Shown piece by piece: positions 55,897-64,000 of a DNA stretch of 64,000 bases. Source of the stretch: a virus (lineage: Duplodnaviria > Caudoviricetes); IMG/VR virus record IMGVR_UViG_3300035661_000030, positions 24,799 to 88,798 of that record; one strand, written 5' to 3'. Position 1 is the first letter of the stretch; each line of letters opens with the position of its first letter. A program made the position numbers and the translations under genes. Below the pieces are notes generated by a model that had not been told where the DNA came from, did no database searches, and was given only the letters and a program-made list of their open reading frames with translations.

Positions 55897-56787
55897 TTAA
55901 AATGAGAATTCTTGATCACTAGAGTTAGTAGGATCTACCGCTCCCTGACCTGGATCTACAATTTCAGCATCAATAGTTGATTGACTAGGGATATCTCCTT
56001 CTACATAAGCATCTTTTTCTGCTGCCATAGAAATTTCTCTCATTTTCTTTTCATCTGGTAATTTACCCATTGCTAAATGTTTTGCTTTGGCTTCCATAAG
56101 AGTGCCAATTTTTGTGCCAGCACCTTCAGCAATTTCATTATAACTAAATGGAATTTCTAATTCAACAGTAGGAACATTCTGAGTTTTACCGCCAATATTG
56201 ACTTGTACCATTGTAACCTTAAGTCTTACTTTAAGGCCAAATAGCGTACCTCTAATAGCATAAATATTCATAAGAGCATCATTAATTTTACCGATACTCA
56301 TAATTGAATGTGTAGAGAATTTAATTACTCCACCTGCCATTGGTGCATCAGGAATAATAAAAGTTAAGATACCTGTAGGCTTACAGGTATTAACAATTCC
56401 TTTGTTTCCTTTAGTTAATCTGAATTCACATTTGGCATAATCACAAACGACTTCAGATTTAACGCCTTCGGAATTAGTACGAATAGCAGTTTCGCCATCC
56501 CCACGACAATTACAAGTAGTGCCGGGGTAATTCATGTAATTAGTAAAGAATGCTTCTTCATAATGATGATCAATTAATACAATATCAACAAACTTTGGTT
56601 TAGCCGTTTTATATGTTGCTTCAAAATATTCTGTTAATTTCTTATGTCTAGGTGCTGTCTTTGTTTTTGGATCAAATGGATGTGTTGCAATAAAGTAATC
56701 TAATTTAACTGGATAGCCTTTTTCTGCATGTTTTTCACCAATAGCAAGTCGAGCTTGTATGGTGTGTTGCTGAATCTTTAGCGACAC
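55897..56787 (-). CDS. Recombination-directionality-factor-like (Gp3-like) protein
   Basis: RLAIGEK...PVKLDYF, C.CRGDGETA, CKPTG.L.F, ..F.T.S..S motifs. Confidence 0.7.
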   Translation of the reverse strand: MSLKIQQHTIQARLAIGEKHAEKGYPVKLDYFIATHPFDPKTKTAPRHKKLTEYFEATYKTAKPKFVDIVLIDHHYEEAFFTNYMNYPGTTCNCRGDGETAIRTNSEGVKSEVVCDYAKCEFRLTKGNKGIVNTCKPTGILTFIIPDAPMAGGVIKFSTHSIMSIGKINDALMNIYAIRGTLFGLKVRLKVTMVQVNIGGKTQNVPTVELEIPFSYNEIAEGAGTKIGTLMEAKAKHLAMGKLPDEKKMREISMAAEKDAYVEGDIPSQSTIDAEIVDPGQGAVDPTNSSDQEFSF

Positions 56788-56790
56788 TTA

Positions 56791-58401
56791 TTACTCCCTT
56801 TTAAGTAGAAATCCAAGACTTGTTTGCCGTGGCTTTTGTTTGTTAGAGATAGCGTTTTGAAGTACTTGTTCTGAAGGCGCAATTATCAAGATCTTGTTTT
56901 TAGCTCTTGTTAATGCTGTGTAAATTATGTTACGAGAAGTTATCTGGCTTTCATTTACAAAAAACACAACCTTGTCAAACTCGCTGCCTTGTGATTTGTG
57001 TGTTGTAATACAGTAAGCAAGCTCTAATTGCCATAACCATGAACCCGTATAATCAATTATTTTATCTTTAAATTCTACCGTTAACTTACGATCTGTATTA
57101 TTAATTACGATTCCTGTTTCTCCATTATATACGCCAAGGTCTTTATTATTCTTAGTATGAATGACCTTATCTCCTAATCTGAAACCATCTGTGGTTTTCG
57201 GATTTAGAGTTTGTTGTGCAACCTTGTTTATTATCTGGGAACCTTTTTCTTTTAACACAGATAAGAATTGCGCATCCTTCCATTCTAGATGCTGACAAAT
57301 TTTAGAAGTAATGCTTTCTAGATCCCACTTATTAGGAAAATATAAAGATACTTGTTTATCATTTCCACAAACTATATTATCGCCAGCTTGAATTGCATGT
57401 GCTGACATAATGATCGAACCAGGGGAGCTTCGCATTATCTTATTTAAATGGTAACGACAACCAATTTTGCTGTCAAGTATGTCTTGCAAAATTTGTCCTG
57501 GTCCAACACTAGGTAATTGATTAGGATCTCCAACAAGGACAAGTACGCATCCTTCCTTAATACCTTCGGATGCCCAACCTGCAATTTCTGCATCAAGCAT
57601 AGATATTTCATCAATAATTACTATCTTTCCTTCAATCGTATTAACAAAACCTTGTGGATTGAAAAAGAAAGAATGTAAAGTAGAAGCTTGAACTCTGCAT
57701 AATTCTGAAATTCTAGACGCAGCTTTACCTGTAGGAGCAAGTAAGACTACATTATCATAACCATAAGAATCAACTATGGCTCTAATTGTTGTAGTTTTTC
57801 CGGTTCCAGGTAAACCAGTTAATATAATTAACCGATTATATTCGATTGCATCTACAGCTTCTCTTTGATCATTATTTAAATCATCATAAAGAAAAGAGTA
57901 ATCTTTTATGAATCCAGTAGCGTAACCATTTTGGTTATCTAGATTTTTAAGTAATTCGGCAAATTTCTTTTCAGCATTAAAATACTTAGATAAAAAGTAA
58001 TTGCCTTTTGGACTTACGAATAAAGTTCCTTCTTTTTGAAGAAAATTTATAGCTTGTTGTTTAGTATAGTCTGAAAAATTACCTTTTTTGATATGACTGT
58101 TAACTTGCCATTCTCTTGCATAGCAATGGCCTAAATCAGCAGTTTTCTCAATAGAAAACTGGAGATAAGCTTTCGCTTTCTCCAGTTCATCATTAACCCG
58201 ATATTTTTCAGCTAACTTTTCACATAAGTTAAGAGAAAACCCATTATCACGATCATAAAATCTCCAGGGGTTTTCTGGAATCTTCTCAACCATTAATGCT
58301 AACTTGATTTCATCATAGTTATCAATAATGTATTGAGGTAAGCCCATTTCTCTTAATTTGATGCCAAGTGAAAATTTTTGAGTTTTCAGAGCCGCTATCA
58401 C
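56791..58401 (-). CDS. RecD2-like SF1 helicase
   Basis: TGLPGTGKTT, APTGKAA, IIDEISM, VGDPNQLPSVGPG, AYCITTHKSQGSEF, YTALTRA. Confidence 0.93.
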   Translation of the reverse strand: MIAALKTQKFSLGIKLREMGLPQYIIDNYDEIKLALMVEKIPENPWRFYDRDNGFSLNLCEKLAEKYRVNDELEKAKAYLQFSIEKTADLGHCYAREWQVNSHIKKGNFSDYTKQQAINFLQKEGTLFVSPKGNYFLSKYFNAEKKFAELLKNLDNQNGYATGFIKDYSFLYDDLNNDQREAVDAIEYNRLIILTGLPGTGKTTTIRAIVDSYGYDNVVLLAPTGKAASRISELCRVQASTLHSFFFNPQGFVNTIEGKIVIIDEISMLDAEIAGWASEGIKEGCVLVLVGDPNQLPSVGPGQILQDILDSKIGCRYHLNKIMRSSPGSIIMSAHAIQAGDNIVCGNDKQVSLYFPNKWDLESITSKICQHLEWKDAQFLSVLKEKGSQIINKVAQQTLNPKTTDGFRLGDKVIHTKNNKDLGVYNGETGIVINNTDRKLTVEFKDKIIDYTGSWLWQLELAYCITTHKSQGSEFDKVVFFVNESQITSRNIIYTALTRAKNKILIIAPSEQVLQNAISNKQKPRQTSLGFLLKRE

Positions 58402-59075
58402 AGTCCCATTTCTTTATACTTTTTACTTGCCTCAAGAACACGAATTGGATAAGACATATTTGGCACATTATTTCTTTGATCTTTTTTGGAGTATAAAATT
58501 TTTGTATTTTCAGAACCCCAAAAGTAAGAATGCAAACTTAACATAAAATCATTATCATTTTTACCAGCTTCAATATGACCTGCATGTAAATCTGCTAAAT
58601 ATGAAATACCAACAATCGTTGATTTAATTGGATCGAATAAAACTTTTTCAGTATATTCAATTCTTTCATATCGCAAATAAGGTCTAGCTGTTGAAGGAAG
58701 TATTTGAAATAATCCTTTTGTATTAGCTTCCGATACAGCATTAGGATTCCATTGACTTTCTATTTCAATAAGTCCACAAATTAATGGAAGAGGAATTTCT
58801 TTGACATAAGCTAAATCATATATTGTATCACGAAGCTTAACTTTTTGCTCAATAGGAATATCCATTTTTGTATCAATAAGTTTTAATAATACATTACGTT
58901 TATTACTTTCAGTTAAATTTGCAATTGCTAATTGATTTGTTTTGTCTATTTTATCCATCTTAATATATAAGATTTTACCACCAAAAGCTGCTGCGCTTAA
59001 TGCGATGATAACAAAAGCTGTATTCGTTAAAAATGGAATCCAATGACCTTTACTTGATTTAGTTTGTTCGTTCAT
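58398..59075 (-). CDS. Membrane-anchored lytic transglycosylase (SLT family)
   Basis: N-terminal TM helix; IEIESQWNPNAVS...GLFQI catalytic Glu motif. Confidence 0.88.
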   Translation of the reverse strand: MNEQTKSSKGHWIPFLTNTAFVIIALSAAAFGGKILYIKMDKIDKTNQLAIANLTESNKRNVLLKLIDTKMDIPIEQKVKLRDTIYDLAYVKEIPLPLICGLIEIESQWNPNAVSEANTKGLFQILPSTARPYLRYERIEYTEKVLFDPIKSTIVGISYLADLHAGHIEAGKNDNDFMLSLHSYFWGSENTKILYSKKDQRNNVPNMSYPIRVLEASKKYKEMGL

Positions 59076-59233
59076 CAACCCCCCTTGGTTATGATGTAGA
59101 ATTCCCCCTCCATCAAATCAGGGCAATTCGGAAACCGGTGATCATAAGGAATCTCATGACCACCGGGTAAACGTAGGATCAACTTTCCATTCTTTTTATA
59201 TACTTTATATTCATAATCTGCTGTTTTTTCCAT
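59075..59233 (-). CDS. Small protein (52 aa, not in track)
   Basis: MEKTADYEYKVY...; TGATG overlap with the SLT gene. Confidence 0.5.
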   Translation of the reverse strand: MEKTADYEYKVYKKNGKLILRLPGGHEIPYDHRFPNCPDLMEGEFYIITKGG

Positions 59234-59244
59234 ATTAAATATTC

Positions 59245-59450
59245 CTTAGAATATTATTATATTTCTCTATTTTCATTAATTGGTATTAATTATATGATGT
59301 ACATGTAATTTTCCAGATTTTTGTTTTAAGCATAAATTACACGTATATTTATCTATCTCTAATATTAATTGTTGAATTGGTTTTAAAAATGTAGTTCTAA
59401 TTAATGCAGTTTCATTTGTCATTGATAAATCTGGCGAATGTCCTTTTCTA
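59245..59450 (-). pseudogene. HNH endonuclease remnant
   Basis: DKYTCNLC...KLHVHHI followed by a frameshift and stops; upstream stop. Confidence 0.55.
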
Positions 59451-59526
59451 TTCTATATTTACGAAACTAAAATATATTTTTTTACTAACATTCCTTCACA
59501 ATAAGAATATAACATAAAAATCCTTT

Positions 59527-61179
59527 TTATGTTTTAATTTTAAAATTATCCATAGTAATAATTTTTACATTAGAAGAATTCATTTGTCCAATTTCACCAA
59601 CTAAAGATCCCATATATTGAATTTCATTTTTTTCGTTTGAATAGTATTCAATGTACTTCTTTAACTCTATGTTATGAATTGTTTCTAATTTATCCAAACA
59701 GTATAAATTAGATTGTGGAAATAAATCTTTTAAAATAGCTGTGCATAAACGCAATTTTAAAGAATCAGCAATTCTTACTAGAGGCAAACCCTGGTAAAAA
59801 ATTCCTTCTTTCCCTAATGTTACATCTTTTACTCCAAGCGTCAAGCGACTAGGAATAACTTCTTTCAAAAGAACATTTAATTTTTCGAGTTGTTTATTTA
59901 ACTCATCTTGACGCTTTCTCATGCTGTCAATTCCAGAAATTTTATTAATGTCTTTTGATAGTCTAGCTTTATATAATTCATCCTTCATTTGCTTTAGAGA
60001 AGTCTCTAAACCGGTAACGTCAACAATGTCACCATCGAGAATTTCTAACTCACTAAGGATACTTTCTGCTCTATCTAATTCTAATTTCTTGCTCTTGAGA
60101 TTTTTACCAGTTTCAATAGCAGAGCGAATATTTATAATTCTCTCATTAAGTTCAGTAGTTTTAGCATACTTTGCCTTACCTGCTGTTTTAATCTTATCTT
60201 GAGCTTTTTCAAGTTGCTCTTTATAAGGCTTCATATCCGTAGTGCATTTAATTAAAGCATTGATAGGACAGGCAATTTCACCTGTCCCTAACTTATCCAA
60301 CGTTGCTTTAATATTTGCAAGCTCAGTACGATCCTTATCAAGTTCTTTTTCTAACCGTTCTTTCTCTGTTACGAGAGTCGTTAATTCTTTTGCAGATTCA
60401 TCAAGCTGTTCTAAAACAACCATACCATCTTCTAATTCTTTCTTAAGAAGTTTGATATTAGCTTCAGTTCTAAATTTAATATCAGCATTTTTTCTACTAA
60501 TATCAAGACGAATATTTTTTTCTTTAGCACTAGATAAATCAGCTTCTGTCTGAGCAACCAATTTTTCCATAGCCTCAAGTTCTATATCGGTAACTTGTTT
60601 TACTAATTCTGCACCAGATGATTTACTTTCAAAGTTTTTTACCGCACGATTAACTTCGGTACGTTCTTTAAAAAGTTCATCATAAAACTTCTGAATCTCT
60701 CTAACGGGATCTTCGTTAAGATTTACCTCATCTTTTAATCCATACTCTTCTATTTCTTTATCAGAAAGCTTTAATCGCTTACTAATTGTAGTAGAAATGA
60801 ATTCATTCAAATCCTTAGCTTTCATTCGGAGCATATCAGTAGGTCCGAAAAGTAAAGGATTATAAAGTTTATTTAAAGCATTCTGAGGTTCTTTTACTGG
60901 TTTTTCGTCAGCGCCATAAATATAAAGTTTACTTGTTCCACCTCTAGTTAAGCGTCTTTCGATTCTGGAACCTTTATCAGAAACTAAGATTACTTCACAA
61001 GTAGAAGTTCCATTGCGAACAAGAAACTCATCGTTACCGCCAATAATACACCATTTAATAGCTTCAAGGATGCTTGTTTTACCTTGGTTGTTTTTACCTT
61101 GAAAAATATTAAATTTCTTGCAATCAAACTGTACATTTTCTAATGGTCCGAAATTATTGATAATAACAGATTTAATCAT
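59527..61179 (-). CDS. SMC/Rad50(SbcC)-like coiled-coil ATPase
   Basis: GKNNQGKTS Walker A, long coiled coil, CPINALIKC hook-like site, degenerate signature and Walker B. Confidence 0.8.
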   Translation of the reverse strand: MIKSVIINNFGPLENVQFDCKKFNIFQGKNNQGKTSILEAIKWCIIGGNDEFLVRNGTSTCEVILVSDKGSRIERRLTRGGTSKLYIYGADEKPVKEPQNALNKLYNPLLFGPTDMLRMKAKDLNEFISTTISKRLKLSDKEIEEYGLKDEVNLNEDPVREIQKFYDELFKERTEVNRAVKNFESKSSGAELVKQVTDIELEAMEKLVAQTEADLSSAKEKNIRLDISRKNADIKFRTEANIKLLKKELEDGMVVLEQLDESAKELTTLVTEKERLEKELDKDRTELANIKATLDKLGTGEIACPINALIKCTTDMKPYKEQLEKAQDKIKTAGKAKYAKTTELNERIINIRSAIETGKNLKSKKLELDRAESILSELEILDGDIVDVTGLETSLKQMKDELYKARLSKDINKISGIDSMRKRQDELNKQLEKLNVLLKEVIPSRLTLGVKDVTLGKEGIFYQGLPLVRIADSLKLRLCTAILKDLFPQSNLYCLDKLETIHNIELKKYIEYYSNEKNEIQYMGSLVGEIGQMNSSNVKIITMDNFKIKT

Positions 61180-64000
61180 TCTTTGATCCTCGCATATGTT
61201 TCCATGAGTTTTTCATAATCAATAGCCATCGTGTTAGCAGTATTCCAGTTAATATTGCCAGTTTTAGCATCAGGAATAGGATATTTTATTAACTCGCCGC
61301 CAATATTTTCGATCAATCCAGTTTCTTTTAAATCCTCAATGAACTTCCCTTGAATAATAGGTTGACTATTATTAGCAATCTGCATATTCATTTGTTTGAT
61401 AATAGATAAAACTGATATGATTAATATCTTTCTACCTTTACCTTCAGGATAAGTTACATCGCATATAGGATAACTATTAAATATTCGCTTTGGTTCTAAC
61501 CATCTTCCACCAGAATAAACTCTTGTTCCGATAGATTCGCTATTAATAAGCTGACATAAAAGATCAATGATCTTATATGTAGATGATTGTTTTTCAATAC
61601 GAGTAATCTGATTTTTAATTTGCTTTTTCCAGAAATTCACAAAATTTTCAAAAGCAGCATCAATCTCTGTCGTTGGCGCTACGCCTTCATATTTGAAAAA
61701 CTCGCACATTTGTTCAAATGAAGCTACTAAGCGAGTAACCATATCTGAAGGACGTTCAGCATTATTTTTGTGTTTTTCTAGAACTTTAGAAAATACTTTT
61801 TTCCATTTTACCATAGATGCAGCATAAGGATCATGACCTCGCTTATGCGCCCAAGCAATCATACGTGGAGTTACACCACGCATTAAATCAATATAGCAAG
61901 TTTCTTCATTATATAATTCCATCATTTTACGAAAATGTACTTCTCGTTCATCTGCAATTTCTTTTGAACATCTAGAAATACGCAGAGTTAACATACGAGC
62001 AGCAATAGCTTCAGCTACATTTTCGTTTTCTGATTCTGAAGTAATAATAATAGAACATTGAAGCTTATGACCACCACGCATATTTGTTGCAGTAGTGTCC
62101 ATACGAGTCTTTGTTGCTCCACCATAAATACTCTGGAAAAAATTAGTGAATTCTTTACTTGCCATATCTTCAATTTTCATATCATCAATACAATGTGTCA
62201 TTGTACCAACTTTAATCAATTGATGCTCAATGGATAATGCGGTACCATTCCAATTCAACAAATCATTCTGACTTTTAAACTTTCCAAGTAATGACATAGC
62301 CATTACAGCAGAAGTAGTTTTAAAAGCACCAGACTGACCAGCTAAATAGATTGGAAATCCATGTTCATTATCAACAATTCCATAAGGCTGAAGTTCTCTA
62401 CAGCAAGAATCATAAATTAAGCCAAGCAGAGAATCAATAAAATTACAATCATGAACATGACGAAGTGTATACCATAAAGTATTTAATGCTACTTTATAAT
62501 CCTCTTCTGATAAGATAGAGAATTCAAAGGGAAGCGTATCCATGATACTATTACGTCCAGAAAGATTCACCTGGAATGTATCATTATACTTAATTTGACC
62601 ATTGATAACAGAAACACCAGGGAAAAGACAGAAAAGTTCTGTTTTGAAATGTGTTAAACAGAATTCCTCAAAAGGTCTGCCTAAAGAAGAGAAAACATAC
62701 CTTTTTGTATTTACGGGAATCGTAGCCATTAAGCTTGTGATAATGTAAAAGTCTTTTCCTCTTAACTTATTATCCATATATGTCAAGTCAGTTAAACTAG
62801 CAGTAGTTGCAAGAAATCCTTGCATCTTTTTGTTATCAACAATATCTGTTGATTCGACTTCTGCTTGTCCAACACTTTTACCATTAACAATCACTTCTAC
62901 CATATAAAATTTTTCTAGAGAATTATTTACATGACTGAAGTATGAGATTTCTTCCGTAATTCTCATATAAAAATTAGTAACAGGAAAGCTTTTTCGATTA
63001 CCATATTCATCTTCTACTGTTTGTATAATTCTACCTAATGCATCAATAGAATATGGACCTACTGTAACTTCTCTATGTTGAGAAGTAATATTATCTTCTA
63101 CATTATCACTAATTGCAAATTCTTTCTTTACGATTTCTTTAAATACTTCCTTTTGAGCATACTGTAACATTTCAGATACAGCAAGACAGTATTTAATTTG
63201 CACTTCACGACGGTTATCTTCATTTTTAATAAATCCGCAATATTTTTTAATTGCATTTACGGCATATCTAGCAATACTTATAGAATCAATTGCAGAAATT
63301 GATTCTAATTTATATTCATTAAATTTTAAATATGCTTCAAGGTCAAACTTGTCTTTAACATAAGAAAGCTTTTCCCAATCTGCAATTGTAAGGTCATCTG
63401 CATTTATTTCTTTTGCTACTTTAGCACAAGTCTTTAATACAGGATGATCTTTTGGTGCAATATCTTCATTAAGATCAGAAATATCATGATCCTGTAAATA
63501 CAGAACTTTTGATAATTGATCTTTAAAAATTGTAGTTGTATTAATTTTAGAACCAGTTGCATACATGATCGGTAAAGAATCTTCTAGAGTCTTTACTACA
63601 TCAAGTCCGACTTTCTTTGCGTGTCTATATAATGCGATTCCATAAGCTACAAGATTCATTTCACCTTCAACGATCATAATTCTACGACCGCGAGGACGAT
63701 ACTTAAATCTTTGCCCATTAAAGAAGCATGTATGACCTACCGGAATCCATTCAGCGAAATCTTTTTTATCTAACTGCCTGAAGCGTAATCCGCAAAGAGC
63801 GCCATCAATATTATAAAGAGGGTAAACAAGCGCATTATTACCAAGCTCTTCTCGATAAATGTTAAGTTCTTTGTCATCTTTACCTTTACGAAGAATTCCT
63901 TGACCTTTTAAAATATTGAATACAATATCATAATTTGGAGCTATGCCCAAATTCATTGGTTTTAAAAAATCGGCTTCAAATGGAATATTTCTATCTTCAA
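61176..64000 (-). CDS. Primase-helicase fusion (TOPRIM + DUF927-like ATPase), 5'-truncated
   Basis: PLYNIDG...RFR, IVEGE (TOPRIM), GQSGAFKT, CIDD; frame stays open to the window edge. Confidence 0.75.
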   Translation of the reverse strand, partial: EDRNIPFEADFLKPMNLGIAPNYDIVFNILKGQGILRKGKDDKELNIYREELGNNALVYPLYNIDGALCGLRFRQLDKKDFAEWIPVGHTCFFNGQRFKYRPRGRRIMIVEGEMNLVAYGIALYRHAKKVGLDVVKTLEDSLPIMYATGSKINTTTIFKDQLSKVLYLQDHDISDLNEDIAPKDHPVLKTCAKVAKEINADDLTIADWEKLSYVKDKFDLEAYLKFNEYKLESISAIDSISIARYAVNAIKKYCGFIKNEDNRREVQIKYCLAVSEMLQYAQKEVFKEIVKKEFAISDNVEDNITSQHREVTVGPYSIDALGRIIQTVEDEYGNRKSFPVTNFYMRITEEISYFSHVNNSLEKFYMVEVIVNGKSVGQAEVESTDIVDNKKMQGFLATTASLTDLTYMDNKLRGKDFYIITSLMATIPVNTKRYVFSSLGRPFEEFCLTHFKTELFCLFPGVSVINGQIKYNDTFQVNLSGRNSIMDTLPFEFSILSEEDYKVALNTLWYTLRHVHDCNFIDSLLGLIYDSCCRELQPYGIVDNEHGFPIYLAGQSGAFKTTSAVMAMSLLGKFKSQNDLLNWNGTALSIEHQLIKVGTMTHCIDDMKIEDMASKEFTNFFQSIYGGATKTRMDTTATNMRGGHKLQCSIIITSESENENVAEAIAARMLTLRISRCSKEIADEREVHFRKMMELYNEETCYIDLMRGVTPRMIAWAHKRGHDPYAASMVKWKKVFSKVLEKHKNNAERPSDMVTRLVASFEQMCEFFKYEGVAPTTEIDAAFENFVNFWKKQIKNQITRIEKQSSTYKIIDLLCQLINSESIGTRVYSGGRWLEPKRIFNSYPICDVTYPEGKGRKILIISVLSIIKQMNMQIANNSQPIIQGKFIEDLKETGLIENIGGELIKYPIPDAKTGNINWNTANTMAIDYEKLMETYARIKE

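Noticed and set aside
290-60553. Short opposite-strand or alternate-frame ORFs inside long genes (e.g. 8523-8762, 10275-10568, 29027-29290, 32344-32670, 41115-41468, 52052-52393, 59921-60553)
   Set aside because: Shadow ORFs of well-supported genes with no independent evidence.
1-64000. Stop-codon reassignment (code 15 or 4)
   Set aside because: Very long ORFs are intact in code 11, TAG and TGA end genes at tight junctions (e.g. 2080, 14223, 25822, 59075), and there is no suppressor tRNA.

Overview
A 64-kb segment of an AT-rich jumbo tailed phage (myovirus-like) in the standard genetic code, with four blocks. (1) 1-15960 (+): baseplate/tail module with several tail-fibre and adhesin genes, including a 2093-aa fibre built from cassettes joined by a repeated GALSATSGTFS linker. 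(2) 15990-20425 (-): an apparent single ~4.4-kb RNA operon with a promoter at ~20390-20425 and a terminator at ~15990. It holds 12 tRNAs (11 with U34), a pseudo-tRNA, a tmRNA and a dense set of unexplained structured RNAs: a duplicated 148-nt pseudoknotted element with a compensatory change, a ~500-nt multi-hairpin RNA between the two copies, three-way-junction RNAs and a CCA-ended minihelix. A free-standing LAGLIDADG endonuclease lies next to it. (3) 21451-39288 (+): phage sigma factor, baseplate wedge genes, small K-x-A-motif virion proteins, a fused beta-beta' RNA polymerase and a split class II ribonucleotide reductase with two inteins. (4) 39290-64000 (-): a stand-alone small RNA, many small early genes and a replication/recombination module (ligase, ThyX, RNase H, DnaQ-like exonuclease, sliding clamp, PD-(D/E)xK nuclease, RecD2-like helicase, SMC-like ATPase, primase-helicase). 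The best candidate for an undescribed system is the ncRNA array in the tRNA operon. All RNA structures were paired by eye and all protein calls come from recognised motifs; no database search or folding program was run.
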